Of a stretch of DNA of 36,439 nt, positions 1 to 8,472 are shown one piece after another. Under the pieces are notes generated by a model. The model was not told where the DNA came from. It ran no database searches and saw only the letters and a list, made by a program, of their open reading frames with translations. This stretch comes from an uncultured bacterium. GTDB lineage: Bacteria > CAYJRR01. The stretch is taken from the NCBI GenBank assembly GCA_964372275.1, contig CAYJRR010000035.1, positions 1-36,439 of the forward strand, read 5' to 3'. Positions within the stretch are counted from its first letter, which is position 1. The number at the start of each line of letters is the position of its first letter. The position numbers were made by a program, and so were the translations under genes.

Positions 1-200
1 CATCTCACTCGCTCAGCGCCTGGCGGCCGTGCCCGCCGGCGCCGGGCCCGTGCGCGATGCCATGCTCCTGCCCGACTCGTGGGCCAAGGCGCTCGTCGCC
101 GCCAAGGCCGTCAAGGGCGTCGCCGAGCCCGGCGCGCAGGACCACGAGGCCTTCAACCCGCACCTCTCGGCCATCGTGGTGGGGGCCGACGGCGGCCGGG

Positions 201-623
201 CGCTGGAAGGTGATCCTCGCCGTGGCGGACGTGCTGGCCCTCGATCGGGCGCCGGGACCGGTCTTCGCGTCGGACGTGTCGGCCGAGGCGATCGAGTCGA
301 CGCAGGCCAACGCGCAGGCGGCGAAGGTCCTCACCTCGATCGAGCTCAAGCGCCGCGACGTGCGCGCGCTGCCGCCGACCCAGCCGCCGGGGGTGGTGGT
401 GACGAACCCGCCCTTCGGCGAGCGGATCGGCGCGCGCGGCGATGCGGTGGCCGACCTCTACGCGGCGATGGGGGAACGGTTCCGCGCGCTCAAGGGACAC
501 GACCTCTACGTGTTGGCGCCGGTCGGGAGCGAGGCGGCCTTCGGCGGACTCGAGCCGGTCGAGTCGCTCGAGCTGTGGAACGGGCCGATCGAAACCCGGC
601 TGCTGCACTTCAGGATCGACTGA
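201..623 (+). CDS. C-terminal part of RlmL/THUMP-type class I SAM-dependent RNA methyltransferase (5' part missing or out of frame)
   Basis: Motifs FASDV..EAIE...ANA..A, VVVTNPPFGERIG and LWNGPIETRL are typical of RlmL-like m2G methyltransferases. Upstream of about nt 200 the codon-biased frame is a different one. Confidence 0.7.
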   Translation, partial: RWKVILAVADVLALDRAPGPVFASDVSAEAIESTQANAQAAKVLTSIELKRRDVRALPPTQPPGVVVTNPPFGERIGARGDAVADLYAAMGERFRALKGHDLYVLAPVGSEAAFGGLEPVESLELWNGPIETRLLHFRID

Positions 624-642
624 AACGACGGAGGGGGCTGCC

Positions 643-1452
643 ATGGCACGAAGACTCGAAGGAAAGGTCGCGATCGTCACCGGCGCCAGCCGCGGCATCG
701 GCCGCGCCGTCTCGCTGGCGCTGGCGCGCGAGGGCTGCGCGGTGGCGCTGGCCGCGAAGACGGTCGACCCCCATCCCAAGCTCCCGGGCACGCTGGGGAC
801 GGTCGCCGCCGAGGTCGAGGCCCTCGGGGTGCGGACGCTGCAGGTGCAGACCGACGTCCGCGATCCGGAGGCGATCGAGCGGATGGTTGCGCGCACGGCC
901 GAGACGTTCGGCCGGATCGACATCCTGGTGAACAACGCCGGCGCGGCGTGGTGGTTCCCCACCTCGGAGACGCCGGTCAACAAGTGGAACCTGGTGAACG
1001 AGGTGAACGCCCGCGCCACCTTCCTCGCCTCGCGCGCGGCGCTCCCCCACATGAAGCGGAACCGCTGGGGGCACATCGTCAACATGAGCCCGCCGATCAA
1101 GCCGGAGATGACCGTCGGCAAGGTCGCCTACATGATCTCCAAGTTCGCGATGACCCTCTGCACCGTCGGCATGGCGGGGGAGGTGAAGGACGACAACATC
1201 GCCGTCCACTCGCTCTGGCCGGTGACGTTGATCGAGAGCCTGGCGACGATCAACCTCGGCCTCGGCGGCCCGGAGAACTGGCGCAAGCCGGAGATCCTGG
1301 CCGACGCGACGATCGCGCTCGTCACCAAGGAGCCCTCCGCCCGGACGGGGAGAGCATGGCTCGACGAGGAGGTGCTGCGCGCGGAGGGGATCACCGACTT
1401 CGACCGCTACGCCTGCGTCCCCGGAACGACGCCGATGGTCATACCATGGTGA
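643..1452 (+). CDS. Short-chain dehydrogenase/reductase (HSDL2-like)
   Basis: ATG 643 follows a GGAGGGGG RBS. Motifs TGASRGIG, NNAG and catalytic YMISK; AKT..PHPKLPGT is characteristic of the HSDL2-like subgroup. Confidence 0.9.
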   Translation: MARRLEGKVAIVTGASRGIGRAVSLALAREGCAVALAAKTVDPHPKLPGTLGTVAAEVEALGVRTLQVQTDVRDPEAIERMVARTAETFGRIDILVNNAGAAWWFPTSETPVNKWNLVNEVNARATFLASRAALPHMKRNRWGHIVNMSPPIKPEMTVGKVAYMISKFAMTLCTVGMAGEVKDDNIAVHSLWPVTLIESLATINLGLGGPENWRKPEILADATIALVTKEPSARTGRAWLDEEVLRAEGITDFDRYACVPGTTPMVIPW

Positions 1453-1456
1453 AGCG

Positions 1457-3445
1457 ATGACCGATCCGGTCGAGCCGCCCGACGCGGTCGAGCGCCTGAA
1501 GCAGCTGTTCCTGGGGAAGCCGCGGGAGCTGCGCGATCCGAGCGTCTTCCACCGCCTGGCGCTGGTCGCCTTCCTGGCATGGGTCGGGCTCGGCGCGGAC
1601 GGGCTCTCGTCCTCCGCCTACGGCCCCGAGGAGGCGTACCGCGCGTTGGGCGAGCACACCTACCTCGCCATCGCGCTGGCGGTCGCGACCGCGATCACCG
1701 TCTTCGTCATCTCGTGGTCCTACAGCCGCATCATCGAGGCCTTCCCGGCCGGCGGCGGCGGCTACGTCGTTCCGTTCAAGCTCCTGGGTCCCACCGCCGG
1801 CGTCGTCTCCGGCTCCGCGCTCCTGATCGACTACGTGCTGACGATCTCGATCTCGATCGCCTCGGGCGCGGACGCGATCTTCAGCTACCTCCCCGCGAGC
1901 TGGCTCGACGCGAAGCTCGCGCTTTGCGCCTTCGCCATCGTCGCCCTGTTCGTCCTCAATCTTCGGGGGGTCAAGGAGTCGGTGACCGTCCTGGCGCCGA
2001 TCTTCATGCTGTTCATCGTCACCCACGCGGTCGTCATCCTGACCGCGATCCTGGGCAACCTCCCACGCCTCGGCGCCGTCGCCTCCGAAACCGCGAACGG
2101 CTTCGACCGCGGCCTCGCCACGCTTGGCCTCGGGGGCCTGCTGATGATCTTCCTGCGCGCCTACTCGATGGGCGGCGGCACCTACACCGGCATCGAAGCG
2201 GTCGCCAACGGGATGAGCATCATGCGCGAGCCGGTCGTGCAGACGGCCAAGCGGACGATGGTCTACATGTCGGTCTCGCTGGCGATCACGGCGGCCGGCA
2301 TTCTGATCGGCTACTTGCTCCTGGGGGCCGAGCCCGTCGAAGGCCGGACGATGAACGCGGTGTTGGTCGATCGCGTCGCCGGGGCCTGGACGGTGGAATC
2401 GTTCCCGGTCGGTCGGGTGTTCGCGGTCGTCACCCTGGCGAGCGAGGCGGCCCTCCTCTTCGTCGCGGCGCAGGCCGGGTTCATTGCCGGTCCGCGCGTC
2501 ATGGCCAGCATGGCGGTCGACTCGTGGCTCCCCCATCGCTTCGCCGCCCTCTCCGACCGGCTGACGATGCGGAACGGGATCTGGCTGATGGCGGTCGCCG
2601 CCTGGCTGACGCTGTGGCACACCGGCGGCTCGGTGCGGGAGCTGGTCGTCCTCTACTCGATCAACGTCTTCCTGACCTTCACGCTGGCGAACGTGGCGAT
2701 GACCGTCCGCGCGCTCCGGCTGCGAGCCCACAATCCGGAGTGGAGGCGGGAGCTGTCGATCCACCTGCTGGCCACGACCCTCTGCGCCTCGATCCTCGGC
2801 GTCACGATCTACGAGAAGTTCCGGGAAGGGGGGTGGCTGACGCTGCTCCTCACCGGCGTGTTGGTGGTGGTCTGCGTGCTGATCCGACGCCACTACGCAC
2901 AGGTCCGGTTCCGGCTACGGCGCCTGGAGACCGAGCTGGCGAACCTGCCGATCAGCGAGCACCCCGTTCCGTCGATCGATCCGCTGCAGCCGACGGCGGT
3001 GCTCCTGGTCGGAGCATTCGGTGGACTCGGCGTCCACTCCCTGCTCTCGATCTTCCGGTTCTTCCCCGGCTACTTCAAGAACGTGGTGTTCGTGACGATC
3101 GGCGTGATCGACTCCGGCAACTTCAAGGGTCACGAGCAGCTGGAGGGTCTGGAGGAGAGCGCGAAACGGATCGTCGGACGCTACGTGGAGTTGGCCAACC
3201 GGCTCGGAATTGCGGCAGAAGGGGTCCACCGGATCGGCACCGACGCCGTCGACGAGGCGGAGAAGGCGTGCGAAGAGCTGGCGCAGAGGTATCCGCGCCA
3301 CATGTTCTTCGGCGGCAAGCTCGTCTTCCACCGCGAGCGGTGGTACGAGCGCCTCCTCCACAACGAGACCGCCTTCGCCATTCAGCGCCGCCTCCAGTGG
3401 AAGGGCCACCCGATGACGGTGCTTCCGGTCCGCGTGATGGAGTAG
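1457..3445 (+). CDS. APC-superfamily transporter, KimA-like (probable K+ importer)
   Basis: Many hydrophobic segments. ADGLSSSAYGPEE, FPAGGGGYVV, LLIDYVLTISISIA and TGIEAVANG resemble KimA; C-terminal soluble domain with LLHNETA. Confidence 0.8.
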   Translation: MTDPVEPPDAVERLKQLFLGKPRELRDPSVFHRLALVAFLAWVGLGADGLSSSAYGPEEAYRALGEHTYLAIALAVATAITVFVISWSYSRIIEAFPAGGGGYVVPFKLLGPTAGVVSGSALLIDYVLTISISIASGADAIFSYLPASWLDAKLALCAFAIVALFVLNLRGVKESVTVLAPIFMLFIVTHAVVILTAILGNLPRLGAVASETANGFDRGLATLGLGGLLMIFLRAYSMGGGTYTGIEAVANGMSIMREPVVQTAKRTMVYMSVSLAITAAGILIGYLLLGAEPVEGRTMNAVLVDRVAGAWTVESFPVGRVFAVVTLASEAALLFVAAQAGFIAGPRVMASMAVDSWLPHRFAALSDRLTMRNGIWLMAVAAWLTLWHTGGSVRELVVLYSINVFLTFTLANVAMTVRALRLRAHNPEWRRELSIHLLATTLCASILGVTIYEKFREGGWLTLLLTGVLVVVCVLIRRHYAQVRFRLRRLETELANLPISEHPVPSIDPLQPTAVLLVGAFGGLGVHSLLSIFRFFPGYFKNVVFVTIGVIDSGNFKGHEQLEGLEESAKRIVGRYVELANRLGIAAEGVHRIGTDAVDEAEKACEELAQRYPRHMFFGGKLVFHRERWYERLLHNETAFAIQRRLQWKGHPMTVLPVRVME

Positions 3446-3454
3446 CCGCGCCGA

Positions 3455-4573
3455 TCAGAGCGGATCGCCGTCGGCCGGGCGGCGCGGGGTCGCGTCGGGG
3501 TCGGCGGTCGCCACGCGGGGTGGGCGAGCCTCGCCGCGCAGCTCCTTCACCATGTCGACGTCGAGCTTCCACCCGGAGCTTCCGACGAAGCCACCCTTCC
3601 GCTCGGTGCCGTAGATCTCGTAGGGCTTCGCCGTCAGGACGTCCTGCACCTTGATCGTGTCGGGGAAGACGCCGCCGTCCTCGCGGTACTCCTTCGGCCA
3701 CTTCTTCGGATCCTTGCCGAACATCTCCTCCAGCGCCTTGATGTCCTGCTCGTCGCGCGGAAGGTTGTACGCGCCGACCATCTCCTCCATCATCCCGTCC
3801 TCGGTCACGCCCCGCGCGCCGAAGCCCGACCAGATCTGCTGGCCGTTCACCTCGCCGTCGTAGACGGCGTTCTCCCCCTGCCACACCCCTCCCGGATGCT
3901 TCAGCAGGTACATGGGGTGGTTGTAGAAGTAGTAGTGCTCCCCCGGCTTGACGTTGCGCTTGCCGATGCGGCCGCGCTTGTTCCCGGTCTCGGTCATGAA
4001 CTCGGAGATCGACGAATCGCCGGGGCCGATCACCAGCCGCTGGTAGGCCGGCGTGCGCTTCCCCTTGGCGCCGAACCGCTCGTCGAACTTCGCGTCCCCG
4101 ACCGCCGCCCGCAGCGCGTCGGTCTGGATCGCGTTCACGGTGGTGAGGCACTCGGCGACCGTCCGCCCGGCGAGCCACTTCCGCAGTCCCTCGGAGGCGC
4201 TCACGCCCTCCTTCAGGCGCCAGGTCATGAAGCCGATCCGCTCCCAGTACTTCCCGCTGGCGTAGCCGTCCCAGTAGCTCTTGCGGAACTTCTCCGGGAA
4301 GTAGGCCTCGAAGTTGTGCGCGTAGTGGACCCCGACGTTCGGATCGCCCCAAGTGAAGTGGTTCGCCTTCGCCATCCCGGCGACGATGTGGCTCCCGATG
4401 GCGGCCTCGGTCGCCTTGATCTCCGGCAGCCCCTTGGCGGCGTCGATCACCGCGCGAACGCCGTCGACCGGGCACGCGGCGGAACCCGGCGCGCAGTCGC
4501 CGCCGGTCGGCCGCGCGTGGACCGGGAGGGACAGGCCGAGGAGCGCGAGGAGGAGGAGGGCGTGTCGTCTCAT
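3455..4573 (-). CDS. Secreted protein with Tgl-like (protein-glutamine gamma-glutamyltransferase) core
   Basis: Signal peptide MRRHALLLLALLGLSLPVHA. AECLTTVNAIQTDALRAAVGDAKFDERF and PGEHYYFYNHP...WQGENAVY parallel Bacillus Tgl motifs as I recall them. Strong GC3 bias. Confidence 0.65.
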   Translation of the reverse strand: MRRHALLLLALLGLSLPVHARPTGGDCAPGSAACPVDGVRAVIDAAKGLPEIKATEAAIGSHIVAGMAKANHFTWGDPNVGVHYAHNFEAYFPEKFRKSYWDGYASGKYWERIGFMTWRLKEGVSASEGLRKWLAGRTVAECLTTVNAIQTDALRAAVGDAKFDERFGAKGKRTPAYQRLVIGPGDSSISEFMTETGNKRGRIGKRNVKPGEHYYFYNHPMYLLKHPGGVWQGENAVYDGEVNGQQIWSGFGARGVTEDGMMEEMVGAYNLPRDEQDIKALEEMFGKDPKKWPKEYREDGGVFPDTIKVQDVLTAKPYEIYGTERKGGFVGSSGWKLDVDMVKELRGEARPPRVATADPDATPRRPADGDPL

Positions 4574-4587
4574 GGCCGCCCCCCGGG

Positions 4588-4603
4588 AGCAATCGCCGCG
4601 CCA
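4588..4603 (-). promoter_or_regulatory. Putative sigma54 -24/-12 promoter of the Tgl-like gene
   Basis: Minus strand TGGCGCG-GCGA-TTGCT (GG-N10-GC), ending 14 nt before the ATG. Confidence 0.65.
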
Positions 4604-4742
4604 CCCGAAACTCCTCGATCTGCAAGGGCCCGGATCGGTACGCCACGACTACGACGCGGGGCGTCAACGTCCCACGTGGGGTGAATGGGGGCTCAGCGCG
4701 CCGCCGAAGGGGCGGTGTTCGCGTCCGTCCGGCGCTCGCGCG

Positions 4743-5782
4743 CTACTCGACCCAATCGGCGATGAAGACGTTCGTCTCGCCGGGGGTGGCGCCGCCGCGA
4801 TTCGAGGCGAAGACGAGGCGCTTCCCGTCCGGGGAGAACATCGGGAAGCCGTCGAACTGGCCGTGGGTCGTCACCCGCTCGAGCCCCGTCCCGTCGATCC
4901 CGATCGCGAACAGGTCGAAGTTCCGCCCTTTGGGATCGAGGTGGTTCGACGAGAAGAGGATCCGCTTCCCGTCGGGGAAGAAGCTGGGGGCGAAGTTGGC
5001 CGCCCCCAGGCGCGTGAGCTGCCGCGTGTTCGAGCCGTCCGCGTCGGCGACGAAGATCTCGAGCCGCGACGGCCGCACCAGTCCCTTGGCCAGCAGCGCC
5101 CGGAACTCGTCGAGCTCCGGCCCGTCGGGGCGGCTCGCCCGCCAGACGATCTTCGAGCAGTCGGGGGAGAAGAAGGCGCCGCCGTCGTAGCCGGGCGCGT
5201 GCGTCAGCCGTCGCACGTTCGATCCGTCGGCGTCGGCGCGGTAGAGCTCGACGTCCCCATCGCGCGTGGAGGTGAAGACGATCGAGCCGTCGCGGCAGAC
5301 GGTCGCCTCCGCGTCGTAGCCGGGGGAGACGATCAGCGGCCGGACGTCCGTGCCGTCGGTCTTCGCCGAGTAGATGTCGTAGCTGTCGAAGAGCGGCCAG
5401 ACGTAGCCTTGCGAGCGGTCGGGCGGAGGGGGGCAGGCCGGACCCCCGCCGACGTGCGTCGAGGCGTAGAGCACGCGCGCATCGCCCGGAAGGAAGAAGG
5501 AGCAGGTCGTCCGGCCGGCGCCGTCGGACAGCGGAGAGAGGCGCGGCGTCGAGCCGAGGTCGATCCGCCAGATCCGGTCGCAGCCGGCGTCGTCACGCGT
5601 CGACTGCATCACCAGCCGCGTGCCGTCGAACGACCAGTAGGCCTCCGCGTTCTCGCCGCCGGCGGTGATCTTCCGGAGGTTGGCGAGGTGGCGCTCGTCG
5701 GGTTCGGGCGGGAAGAGAGGAGGCCGCGCCCAGCAGCCGGCGAGAAGACAGGCAGAGATCAGGAACCCGAAGACGGTTTCAC
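4743..5782 (-). CDS. TolB-like PD40 beta-propeller lipoprotein (start codon uncertain)
   Basis: Repeated (F/W)SPDG-type blades (WSFDG, FFSPDC, FFPDGK, FSPDGK) and lipobox LLAGC. The ORF-track N-terminus (to 5945) is translated repeat DNA. Confidence 0.8.
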
Positions 5783-5805
5783 GGCGCCGTGCGCGAGGCC
5801 GACGG

Positions 5806-5962
5806 GGAAAATGGAAAATGGAAAATGGAAAACCGGCCAATGAAAAATGGCGGCCGAACCGGACCCACGGAAAACCGGACAATGAAAAATGGCGGCCGAT
5901 CCGGACCGTTTTCCATTTGCCGGTTTTCCATTTTCCATTTTCCATTTTCAGTTTTCAGTTTT
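5806..5962. repeat. Composite AT-rich repeat: GGAAAAT heptamer arrays in inverted orientation around two 39-bp direct repeats
   Basis: 31-bp perfect inverted repeat at 5807-5837 / 5919-5949. Direct repeats at 5827-5865 and 5869-5907 with 2 mismatches. Confidence 0.92.
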
Positions 5963-6551
5963 TCGTAGCGAGGTCCTGCCTCTTCGGGAGATTCAGCAGC
6001 GCCGCCAGGATCTCCGCCTGGTACCGCGCGTCGTACAACGCATTGTGGACCTTGCTGTCGTCCTGCTTCGGCAGCGGCAGTAGCGCCTGGAGGTTCTCCT
6101 TGCTCGTCTCCAGCCAGCCCAGGTCGAGCTTCCCCATCGACAGCGCCTTGGTGTCGAGCGCGTTGTAGCCGAACGGGTTCTCCATCCCGACGTAGGCGAA
6201 GTAATAGGCGACGAACGACCAGTCGAACGGCGCGTTGTGACCGACGAAGACGCAGCGGGTCTTCCGGGAGTTGGACTTCGCCCACTCCTTCAGCGCCTCC
6301 ATCGCCGGCCGGATCTCGAGTCCGCTCCGCTCCAGGTGCTCGCGCGAGATGCCGTGAATCTTCTCCGCGCCGGGATCCCAGCCCGGGAAGACCGGCTTGT
6401 ACTCCTGGTAGAGCTCGATCGTATCGACCGTCCACCGCCCGTCGGCCCCTGCGCGCACCGGGACGGCGCCGAGCGAAACCATGTTGAAAAGGCCCGGAAC
6501 CGGACCCGAGGCCTCGATGTCGATGCAGACGAAGGTGATGTTCTCGGCCAT
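5955..6551 (-). CDS. DEDDh 3'-5' exonuclease (RNase T / RNase AS-like)
   Basis: ExoI DIEASG, ExoII GHNAPFDWSF and ExoIII HNALYDA motifs. Confidence 0.88.
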   Translation of the reverse strand: MAENITFVCIDIEASGPVPGLFNMVSLGAVPVRAGADGRWTVDTIELYQEYKPVFPGWDPGAEKIHGISREHLERSGLEIRPAMEALKEWAKSNSRKTRCVFVGHNAPFDWSFVAYYFAYVGMENPFGYNALDTKALSMGKLDLGWLETSKENLQALLPLPKQDDSKVHNALYDARYQAEILAALLNLPKRQDLATKN

Positions 6552-6563
6552 ACGGAGCGCGGA

Positions 6564-6592
6564 AGCCTACCCCTCGCGCGGCACGATTTCAA
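6564..6592 (-). promoter_or_regulatory. Putative sigma70 promoter of the exonuclease gene
   Basis: TTGAAA-N17-TAGGCT, ending 12 nt before the ATG; no SD sequence. Confidence 0.6.
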
Positions 6593-6691
6593 AGCGAGCG
6601 GCGAACGATCCGATCGGGCGCCGATGACTCGGGGGCTCCGGCCCGCTTGCGCGGGAGGGCCACGACCCTACGGTGCGTGTGAGCGAACCGC

Positions 6692-7348
6692 ATGAACGGC
6701 CTGGACGAGCATCCGGCGAGAAACCGGCACATCGAGCGTCCCGCCGGTCCCGGATCGTTCGAGGAGGCGGCCTTCCTCGAGGTGACGGCCGAGGTCGGCG
6801 AAGCGCTGGAGCGCGCGGGGATCCGCTACGCCTTCATGGGGGGGTTGGCCGCGACGACGCTGGGGCGCCCGCGTTGGACGCACGACCTGGACGTCTTCGT
6901 GAAGCCGCAGGAGGCGCTGGCGGCGCTCGACGCGCTCAAGGCCAAGGGCTACGAGACCGAGCGCACCGACGAGGCGTGGCTCTACAAGGCGTTCAAGAAG
7001 AACGTGATGGTCGACGTCCTGTTCAAGTCGCGCGGGAACATCTACTTCGACGACGAGATGTACGAGCGGTCGGTCGTCGCCGCCTACCGCGGCCTTCAGG
7101 TCCGTTTCGTCTCGCCGGAGGACCTGGTGGTGATCAAGGCGGCGGTCCACGACGAGGTCGGCCCTCACCACTGGTTCGACGCGCTGGCGATCCTCTCCAC
7201 CGGCAAGATCGAGTGGGACTACCTGGTCCGCCGCGCGCGCGCCTCCCCGCGACGCGTGCTGTCGCTCCTGCTCTACGCGCAGTCGGACGACCTTCTGATC
7301 CCGAACCGCGTCGTGCGGCAGCTCTTCCACCAACTGTTCGACTCTTGA
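6692..7348 (+). CDS. Pol-beta superfamily nucleotidyltransferase, uncharacterised
   Basis: GGLAATTLGRPRWTHDLDVFV (GG...R.T.DxD), third acidic residue in VDVLF, and a PEDLVVIKA helix. Confidence 0.85.
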   Translation: MNGLDEHPARNRHIERPAGPGSFEEAAFLEVTAEVGEALERAGIRYAFMGGLAATTLGRPRWTHDLDVFVKPQEALAALDALKAKGYETERTDEAWLYKAFKKNVMVDVLFKSRGNIYFDDEMYERSVVAAYRGLQVRFVSPEDLVVIKAAVHDEVGPHHWFDALAILSTGKIEWDYLVRRARASPRRVLSLLLYAQSDDLLIPNRVVRQLFHQLFDS

Positions 7349-7361
7349 GAGGAGGACCGCG

Positions 7362-7607
7362 ATCGAAACCCACAGTCCCTACCGGATCGAGCGGCTGCGC
7401 GCCGCCTTCGCCGAAGACCCGCGCGTGTGCGAGACGACGATCCGCGTCACCTCCGCCGGCGGACGGATCTGGCTCTCGGGTCAGGTCGCCTCCGAGGCCC
7501 GGCGCCACGCGGCGGAGGCGCTCGCCCACGAGCAGTTCCCGGGCGTGGAGATCCGCAACGAGCTGACGGTCCAGGTCGTCGGCGAGCCCCGCGAGGAGCG
7601 GATCTGA
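7362..7607 (+). CDS. BON-domain small protein (apparent ATC start)
   Basis: RLRAAFAEDPRV..TTIRVTSAGGRIWLSGQV...IRNELTV is a BON pattern. SD AGGAGG at 7350-7355 lies 6 nt before ATC 7362. Confidence 0.75.
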   Translation: METHSPYRIERLRAAFAEDPRVCETTIRVTSAGGRIWLSGQVASEARRHAAEALAHEQFPGVEIRNELTVQVVGEPREERI

Positions 7608-7608
7608 C

Positions 7609-8373
7609 GTGACGCGCATCGCGGCCGTCGCCGACATCCACTTCGGGATCGACTCCGGAGGGACCTACGCGCCGTTCTGGGAGAAGCTCCACGAGCACGC
7701 CGACCTGTTCCTGCTGGCCGGCGACCTGACCCGGCTCGGTCGCGTCGAGGAGGCCGAGGTGCTCGCGGCGGAGCTCACGAAGGTCGCGGTGCCGGTGATC
7801 GCCGTCCTCGGAAACCACGACTTCCACGCCGATCAGGAGGCGGAGCTGATCCGCGCGTTGGAGCGCTCCCGGCCGTCGATCCGGGTGCTCGAGGGCGAAT
7901 CGACGGTGGTGGAGATCGGCTCGACCCGGGTGGGGATTGCCGGCACCAAGGGGTTCGGCGGCGGCTTCGTCGGCGCGTGCGCGATGGAGTTCGGCGAACG
8001 GGAGACCAAGTCGTTCATCCGGCACACCCGCGAGCTCGCCGAACGGCTGGAGTCCTCCCTCCGTTCGCTCGACGCCGACCTGCGGGTGGCGCTGCTCCAC
8101 TACGCGCCGATCGAAGGGACGGTCGAGGGGGAGAAGCGTCAGATCTACCCGTTCCTCGGCAGCTACCTCCTCGCGGAGGCGATCGACCGGGGGGGGGCCG
8201 ACCTCGCCTTCCACGGACACGCCCACCTCGGCCGCGAAAAAGGGGTGACACCGGGAGGGGTGCCGGTCCGCAACGTCGCCCAACCGGTCATCCGCCGCGC
8301 CTACAACGTCTACACGGTCGACGCGCGGTCCGGCCGAGGAGCCGAACTCCTACGAAATACTTCGGAATCGTGA
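7609..8373 (+). CDS. Calcineurin-like metallophosphoesterase (Icc/CpdA-like)
   Basis: ADIH, AGDLT, LGNHD, LLHYAP and HGHAH motifs; GAGGAG RBS upstream. Confidence 0.9.
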   Translation: MTRIAAVADIHFGIDSGGTYAPFWEKLHEHADLFLLAGDLTRLGRVEEAEVLAAELTKVAVPVIAVLGNHDFHADQEAELIRALERSRPSIRVLEGESTVVEIGSTRVGIAGTKGFGGGFVGACAMEFGERETKSFIRHTRELAERLESSLRSLDADLRVALLHYAPIEGTVEGEKRQIYPFLGSYLLAEAIDRGGADLAFHGHAHLGREKGVTPGGVPVRNVAQPVIRRAYNVYTVDARSGRGAELLRNTSES

Positions 8374-8472
8374 CTCGCCCCCCCGGCCGGGTGTAAGGTG
8401 GAGGGGGGTGCGAACGAGGCGCCCGGCTACTGCCGCTTGGGAAGGGTCGCTAGGGTCAGGAGATAGATCAGG

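Noticed and set aside
5827-5907. 39-bp direct repeats as a CRISPR array
   Set aside because: Only two copies separated by 3 bp, no spacers, no cas genes.
5783-5945. MENGKWKTGKW... N-terminal extension of the TolB-like protein
   Set aside because: It is the translation of the heptamer repeat and would bury the lipoprotein signal.
7341-7362. Programmed +1 frameshift fusing NTase and BON
   Set aside because: TCT-TGA is not a known shift site, and the SD lies downstream of the stop, which favours independent initiation.
6692-8373. CBASS or a classical AbiE toxin-antitoxin system
   Set aside because: The NTase lacks CD-NTase size and features, and there is no Cap effector or HTH antitoxin adjacent.
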